DNA of 64,000 nucleotides from Pseudomonadales bacterium (lineage in GTDB: Bacteria; Patescibacteriota; Microgenomatia; UBA1400; PJMF01). The stretch covers positions 29,602 through 93,601 of the forward strand of contig JACKFY010000001.1 of assembly GCA_020632235.1 (NCBI GenBank), in the 5' to 3' direction. Each line of letters starts with the position of its first letter. The first letter of the stretch is position 1. Made by a program: the position numbers and the translations under genes. The notes under the pieces were generated by a model. It saw only the letters and a list, made by a program, of their open reading frames with translations, searched no databases and had not been told where the DNA came from. Shown in pieces: positions 58,599 through 64,000 of the stretch.

Positions 58599-59159
58599 TT
58601 ATGATGAGATATGATGATTGACCATCCAGCTTAATATTGTTGATACAGGTATAAAAGTCAAAAGTAAATTAATTTGGTCTATAGACAAATTTAACCACAT
58701 CCAAGAATCTGATTCCGTTAAATCGATACTTGGACTTCTACCTAAGGACAATAAGCTGAAAAAATAAACATAATTTAAGTGATAATGTTTGCTCAAGGAA
58801 TCTTCATCCATAATTTCTAAACTCACTAAAAATGGTGGTTCTTTAGGCTCTACCTCATGATGGAAGTTTTGATAATCAGCCATGTAACTAAAAAACAAAT
58901 TCACAGGTTCAATTTTTAATACCTCTACTTCTTCATTGGAAAAACCAGTTTCCTCTTTTAATTCTCTTAAAGCTGCTTCAAATGGATCTTCAAGTTCATT
59001 AACATGACCTCCTGGTGGCAACCAAACTCCAAGCTTTCTATGTTTTAATAAAAGAGTTTTCTTAGAATGCTCATCAAATAAATAAGACGTCACAACTGGA
59101 TGTATGGGCCAACCATCTGAATATGTTCCTCGAGAGTGCTCCTTATTATTTTGATTCAT
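58599..59159 (-). CDS. NUDIX hydrolase
   Basis: NUDIX box PGGHVNELEDPFEAALRELKEETG. About 33 percent GC. Confidence 0.8.
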   Translation of the reverse strand: MNQNNKEHSRGTYSDGWPIHPVVTSYLFDEHSKKTLLLKHRKLGVWLPPGGHVNELEDPFEAALRELKEETGFSNEEVEVLKIEPVNLFFSYMADYQNFHHEVEPKEPPFLVSLEIMDEDSLSKHYHLNYVYFFSLLSLGRSPSIDLTESDSWMWLNLSIDQINLLLTFIPVSTILSWMVNHHISS

Positions 59160-59181
59160 TTTGATATAATAACTACCTAGA

Positions 59182-60459
59182 ATGAAAGAATTACTTCACT
59201 CTAGACCAGATTGTAACCCAGAATTTATGTTTGAACAGAATCTAAGAACTAGATTCTGTTTGGCAACATCTGAAATATTTCATGGACTTGCTTTAGATCT
59301 AGATGGCACGGTGATGGAGGGACAAGAAGAAATCGATCCTGAAATTTTCAACATTATTTTATATTTATTACGTAGTTTTATTCCAGTTATCATTGTTACT
59401 GGCAGAGGCTTTGGGAGTACAGAAAGACTTATTGAAAGCAAATTGCCAAAAAATTTATTGAGGTATCTTTTTATTGCTAACTACAACGGTGCCACCATTA
59501 GATTTTTTGACGATGACGAATGGAACACTTTAGTTGACAATCAACTTGAAGAAAGGGAAAGAATTTTCAATCTATTGATTTCTTCTGGTTCACCTATTTG
59601 TGATTCGGTAATTTTAGATAATGCAAATTTCGTATCTAAAGTGAGACCTCACTGCATAACACTTGTATTTAATAGCTTTGTAAAAGCTGGGACAAAAGAG
59701 CTCATCCTTAATTTTCTTGCTTCCAATGGAATTGATGTTTCTGCTTTGAAAATAACTGATAGTGGGGCAACCATAGATATTATTTCTCACAATGCTGGAA
59801 AACAAAATGCAATTGCGCAAATTGCTAACCAATTAGATATAAACCACCTAAAAATAGCAAGAGTTGGCGATCAAGGTCAAATAAATGGGAATGATGCGGA
59901 TATGTTGGAATGTTCATCTGGTTTTTCTGTTGGACTTAGAAATCACGATAATGAAGATGGATGCCATCCTGTGGTAGATGAATCAGGCGGAATATTAACA
60001 GGGGTATCCGCAACAAAATATCTATTGTCAAATATACAATTTGATCCTGGATGTGTTATAGATGGAAGTAATTTTTACGATTCAACTCTTAGATCAAAAC
60101 ATCAGAGACAATATGATGCCTTGGCTGAATCAGCAAGAACAAAATATCAGGAAGAATTAATTCGTTTTTCGGAAAGGTCACTGTTAAAAAATGAAGTACT
60201 ATCTGATGAAGCTAGAGCTTTACTAGAAAATTCTGGTTTCGAAAATATATTTTCATTCAATGGTGCCATAACTTTTTCAAATAGAGAGATTGCCTCAATT
60301 CCTTCAAATTGGGAAAATTTCATATTCGCTCAGTCTTCGTCTTTTCCTAACAAATTTAAACATATTTTGAAGTATGGATCACAGTTTTATTCAAGAGGAG
60401 AAGCTTTTATACAACACTTAAAGATTATGACCATCCTCAAAAGCCTATTAAAGAGTTAA
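59182..60459 (+). CDS. HAD-superfamily hydrolase (Cof/IIB-like)
   Basis: Motif I LALDLDGTVM and motif IV VGDQGQINGNDADML. Confidence 0.7.
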   Translation: MKELLHSRPDCNPEFMFEQNLRTRFCLATSEIFHGLALDLDGTVMEGQEEIDPEIFNIILYLLRSFIPVIIVTGRGFGSTERLIESKLPKNLLRYLFIANYNGATIRFFDDDEWNTLVDNQLEERERIFNLLISSGSPICDSVILDNANFVSKVRPHCITLVFNSFVKAGTKELILNFLASNGIDVSALKITDSGATIDIISHNAGKQNAIAQIANQLDINHLKIARVGDQGQINGNDADMLECSSGFSVGLRNHDNEDGCHPVVDESGGILTGVSATKYLLSNIQFDPGCVIDGSNFYDSTLRSKHQRQYDALAESARTKYQEELIRFSERSLLKNEVLSDEARALLENSGFENIFSFNGAITFSNREIASIPSNWENFIFAQSSSFPNKFKHILKYGSQFYSRGEAFIQHLKIMTILKSLLKS

Positions 60460-60639
60460 TTTGCTTATTAAGCAGCTTACTGATTTCTTACCTGAAGCAA
60501 ACCAAACTATAAGTAGGGGTAATTTATCAATAATAGAATTTAAAATTTTATTATCATATTTTGATCACTTGCATATAGTATAATGCATTAGTTTCCACAC
60601 GTTGTCTGGAACTAGCTACAATTTTGGAGTAGGTCAACC

Positions 60640-61300
60640 ATGAAAAAACGGCTCTGGTTAGACGAGTATTTTGGCGTTGTACTAACTAATAACCAATCAG
60701 AGGTAGCTTTCTCCTTGAGAGCGAAACTATAGTTTGTGCCACATTTGATAGTTCGATCATATAGCTTTCCCGGGTGTGGTCTTTGACTCGAGTGTAGATA
60801 GTTTGATGTGCTCTAATCAAAGAGATCTCAAACCATGACTCGATCAAGCTCTTTGTATTAACTCTCAAGACCATTGTATAGCATTAATGACTGGTAGAAA
60901 CTCATCAGAAATGCAGTGCAATTCTCTGTCTTGTCTGGCATAACGTGCAGCATATGCCATCTTTGGACAGTGTCTATGGGTACATAGATACTCTTACCAT
61001 CTGCTTGTACCCTTTAACCAAGGAATTTTGTAGTGTCAATACTAGTTCCAGGTGTTCTCGGTGTACAACACCTGTCGCATCCTACTTTCCGGCCGTATCT
61101 TTGCGGTGACTTCAATGTTTTTATCCCAGAGAGATGCTTTTTGGAGTTTTTCTTTGATTCAAACACAACCAGTTTCTTGCTTACTGATGGTCCTGATCAC
61201 TTAGCAAAGTGTTGCATATGAACTTTTATCTTGAAGTGCGAGCAATTCCTTCTTAAGACTCCGCTCAACCATTCGACGACGAAGTGGTGTCAAATGAGCA
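60640..61300 (-). pseudogene. degraded integrase-core (rve-type) transposase remnant
   Basis: Minus-strand fragments in three frames: GKSIYVPIDTVQRWHMLHVMPDKTENCTAFLMSF and ...SLIESWFEISLIRAHQTIYTRVKDHTRESYMIELSN (like the ESFF...YIxxYN tail). Weak. Confidence 0.3.
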
Positions 61301-61327
61301 TTTTGTGTTGGGTATAGGTAGAAGCAT

Positions 61328-62338
61328 GTGCTTTCTCCCTTATTCTATGGGTTGATTACCAACGTTGAATGCAATTATATAGAATGCATATTTCCACACG
61401 GCTTCCTATCTGAACAGCATGATCATTTTGGAGAACGATCTTCTCTCGAAGAATTGAGAAATTTAGTTTTTATAACCACGGCCACACTTCACTCCTTGCT
61501 TTCTTTGCAAAAACCTAAAACAAGGCTAACTGAAACTAGTATTAATATTGGGCGTATAAATGAGTACTTGGATACTCTATTCGAAACAACCACAATCAGT
61601 GGTAAAGTCATCTCCAAATCGGTAAGAGGTATTTCCGAAACTGATCATCCATTGCAAAACGCCATTTATGCACAAGCCTTAGCTCAAAGACTTTTTGAAG
61701 AAAAAATCGATCTAAATAACCTTATCATTGCTGGTCTTCACTATGGAGGAGTTGAACTACCTTTCGTACTAGATCATTATTTACGAACCACTTATGGAAA
61801 TGAATATATTAGTCCAACGTATGTGTCAGTCCATTATTCTAGATATTCTAATAGCAAAGCTCATCAAGATTCTAGTGTTATAGAGGATATAATCGATAAA
61901 CCTAATTTATCATTTAATGGTAAAAGAGTATTAATTTTAGACGATGGTGTATTTAGTGCTGCCTCTATTCAGAAAATAGGCTGGTTATTCACATTAGCGG
62001 GAGGAAATGTCTCCTTTAGTGCTATGAGCATCGCTAATAATAGAAGAATTGGGCAAATTATGGATGAAGCTGGTGCAGATTCATCATTTTTTGAACAAGA
62101 GTTGTCATCTGATTTTATCAGGGTATCGCCATTTATGAGAGTATTTTTCCCAGAGGAGTATCACGATCAAAGGGCAGACCACAGATTAAACCTTGTTAAA
62201 ACGAGGGCAAGAACCATGCTAGTAAGAACCTATCAAGAATACATCGGGAAAGATCCCTACTCAATTTTACGTGATGAAACAATTATTAGACATCCAATCA
62301 GTCGAAGGAATAAGGATCTGTCTCACTTAAAGCCTTAA
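61328..62338 (+). CDS. hypothetical protein with a type I phosphoribosyltransferase-like segment
   Basis: LIIAGLHYGGVELPF ... NGKRVLILDDGVFSAASI resembles the PRT PRPP-binding motif. Low confidence. Confidence 0.4.
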   Translation: MLSPLFYGLITNVECNYIECIFPHGFLSEQHDHFGERSSLEELRNLVFITTATLHSLLSLQKPKTRLTETSINIGRINEYLDTLFETTTISGKVISKSVRGISETDHPLQNAIYAQALAQRLFEEKIDLNNLIIAGLHYGGVELPFVLDHYLRTTYGNEYISPTYVSVHYSRYSNSKAHQDSSVIEDIIDKPNLSFNGKRVLILDDGVFSAASIQKIGWLFTLAGGNVSFSAMSIANNRRIGQIMDEAGADSSFFEQELSSDFIRVSPFMRVFFPEEYHDQRADHRLNLVKTRARTMLVRTYQEYIGKDPYSILRDETIIRHPISRRNKDLSHLKP

Positions 62339-63173
62339 TTACCTCATCATCTATTAGTGTTCGATAATAATTTTCATTTTTATAAATTAAATTGAAGTAG
62401 CTATTTTCTTTTCCTGAAGTTATTTGTACTTCTAATTCTGGCTCAAATTGAAATGATATAACTTTTTGTTCCATTGGCTGCTCAAATAGTTGCTTATTTT
62501 TTAAGTCAAATCTTTTAAAAGTCTCTGTGAAGGAATAGGGAGTATGAATCACTAAATTTGATCTTCTTCTTTGCTGGGATACTTGTTCTTTATTTGCTAA
62601 TTGTACTTTTAAAATCATTTGTCTCAAAGCAACATCAAAATGTGGTATTTTTAACTCATAAACAAATCTAAAAATTCTTCTTAATAATCTTGCATAAAAA
62701 TGAGATTGAACAAAAATCTTATAATCTGCCATATCAGATAGCTCATCCTCTAGAAATGTGTAAAGACCTTCAAAAATGATAATCGAGTTGGGATTTATTT
62801 TTAAAGGTTGTGATCCAACTCTTTGAGTTTCATGTACTGAAAAAATAGGAATTGTGGTTTCATTTGTTTCGATTAGTTCTTTTAAAGTAGTAGTGCATGT
62901 AGGTAAGTCAAAATTTCTGGGATCATCCCACTTATATTTACTTTTGTGAGAATTTACAAATGGTCTACCAATTTGAAAATTGTCTTGATTAATTATTAAA
63001 GGGTCTACACCAGGAATCTTAGTAAACAAATTAAAAAGACGTTTTGAAACTACACTTGTTTTACCTGTAGCACTTCCACCAGCAATACTAATTAAAAGCG
63101 GTTTATTTTGTTTCAAATTCAAAATATCTGAAACAAATCTATCATTTAAAATTGTAGGTTTATTGATTTTCAT
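62298..63173 (-). CDS. uridine kinase / phosphoribulokinase-family P-loop kinase
   Basis: Walker A ISIAGGSATGKTS. Udk-like core (IIIFEGLY...IFVQSHFYARLLRRIFR). Confidence 0.7.
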   Translation of the reverse strand: MKINKPTILNDRFVSDILNLKQNKPLLISIAGGSATGKTSVVSKRLFNLFTKIPGVDPLIINQDNFQIGRPFVNSHKSKYKWDDPRNFDLPTCTTTLKELIETNETTIPIFSVHETQRVGSQPLKINPNSIIIFEGLYTFLEDELSDMADYKIFVQSHFYARLLRRIFRFVYELKIPHFDVALRQMILKVQLANKEQVSQQRRRSNLVIHTPYSFTETFKRFDLKNKQLFEQPMEQKVISFQFEPELEVQITSGKENSYFNLIYKNENYYRTLIDDEVIKALSETDPYSFD

Positions 63174-63178
63174 TAGTT

Positions 63179-63979
63179 TTAGTAAACAGCCTTTATTGCT
63201 TGTTTTCCTATTGGATTATTCATATCATAGTTAAATTTTTGATTGTATCCATCTACAAGATAAGCTGTTTGAAATAGATAAAGCAAACCTGTCTCATACT
63301 TGTCTTGCCCCAAATTATCGAAAAAGAAAAGATTTATCTTAGAGCTTCTTAGAAAATTTTCAATTTTTGCTAACTTCTTACTTTTACTATTTAAAAAAAT
63401 AAAAGTATATTTATTTGGTTTTGCAAACATTGACACCCACCATCCATGAATAAACTCATCAATAGAAAAGTAATCAGCTTTTTTACATATACCCTCATTA
63501 AGAGCCAAAGATAATGCAAAGGCAAAAGGCAAATCTTCTCCATTACTAAGGACAGAAATATGCTCAGTTTCATGGATTGGGTTAATTATTTTTGCGATTT
63601 TGAATTGTTGCTTTAATAGAAAAATGATTTTATTTACTGGTAAAATGTTAGATTTTTTTAGTTTTGAAATTATTTGGCAAGCAATCACATAAGCAGTAAT
63701 CATACTTGCTGGTCTAGAGAAAAGTTTTTCATCTTTAGGATAAAGCTCTAAAAAACTTATTTGTTTATTGGGTATTATTTTTTTTTCAATATTCGCTGAT
63801 ATTAATATGAGATTTAAGTATTTATCGGAGTTCAAAATATCTGTAGCATCCGAGGTACTTGCACTATAACTATTCAAAATAATCAAATCTCGATGAGTTA
63901 GATTATTTTCTATTAAGGAAAAATCAGATATATAGTCAATTCTTTTGAGGGGAAAGATATGTTTAAGCTCTTGGGTCAA
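63179..63979 (-). CDS. hypothetical protein, possible SIS (sugar isomerase) domain; 5' end may lie beyond the window
   Basis: ISVLSNGEDLPFAFALSLALNEG ... IFLNSKSKKLAKIENF resembles the SIS pattern. Weak. Confidence 0.35.
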   Translation of the reverse strand: MTQELKHIFPLKRIDYISDFSLIENNLTHRDLIILNSYSASTSDATDILNSDKYLNLILISANIEKKIIPNKQISFLELYPKDEKLFSRPASMITAYVIACQIISKLKKSNILPVNKIIFLLKQQFKIAKIINPIHETEHISVLSNGEDLPFAFALSLALNEGICKKADYFSIDEFIHGWWVSMFAKPNKYTFIFLNSKSKKLAKIENFLRSSKINLFFFDNLGQDKYETGLLYLFQTAYLVDGYNQKFNYDMNNPIGKQAIKAVY

Positions 63980-64000
63980 AAATAAAATAGCTGGGGCAGA

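Overview
The window looks like a stretch of a small, moderately GC bacterial genome. The gene content (type IV pilus genes, decayed endonuclease remnants, little biosynthesis) resembles reduced-genome Patescibacteria, but that is inference. Housekeeping genes are interleaved with AT-rich accessory islands and many decayed genes.

Intact core genes:
- infB 3' end, rpsO and pnp, an Fe/Mn superoxide dismutase, and an IscU-like, ferredoxin, FNR-like reductase and DsbA-like cluster.
- SufT, rpiB, an rpe-like gene, a LOG-family gene, a PfkB kinase, a family 4 uracil-DNA glycosylase, RNase J, FtsK, a Nif3-like gene, ComF, Dus and a CcdA/thioredoxin pair.
- A tmRNA and four tRNAs (Val-CAC, Ser-UGA, Arg-GCG, Ser-CGA).

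Type IV pilus locus:
- pilB and pilC sit at 7.1-9.8 kb; the minor pilins, a large pilin-like protein, a PilM/N-like protein and pilA sit at 17.3-22.5 kb.
- Between them is a 7.5 kb insertion carrying a CheY-like receiver, a frameshifted FabH-like gene, a decayed IS1016-group (IS1595 family) element with terminal inverted repeats and a target-site duplication, and an AT-rich island.
- The island encodes a possible LuxI/GNAT-like remnant, a small His-rich peptide ending GG plus 9 residues, and an E1/ThiF-like adenylyltransferase with a novel N-terminal domain. This is the most interesting candidate system.
- A multi-TM histidine kinase follows, split at an A10 tract.

Other notable regions:
- A decaying suf operon: sufC and sufB are multiply frameshifted and sufD is truncated, while sufS and sufU are intact. 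It has been invaded by decayed VapBC, NUDIX and DUF559 elements.
- Two families of short intergenic palindromic (REP-like) repeats.
- Homopolymer tracts (A10, C9, C8, A6-A9) that disrupt or sit in accessory genes: the histidine kinase, a GT2 glycosyltransferase, a small acidic protein and a methyltransferase.
- A Lon-like AAA+ module lacking both the N-domain and the protease domain.
- A tRNA-adjacent AT-rich island (58.5-64 kb) with NUDIX, HAD, PRTase-like, uridine-kinase-like and SIS-like genes plus a transposase remnant.

No CRISPR array and no rRNA were found.
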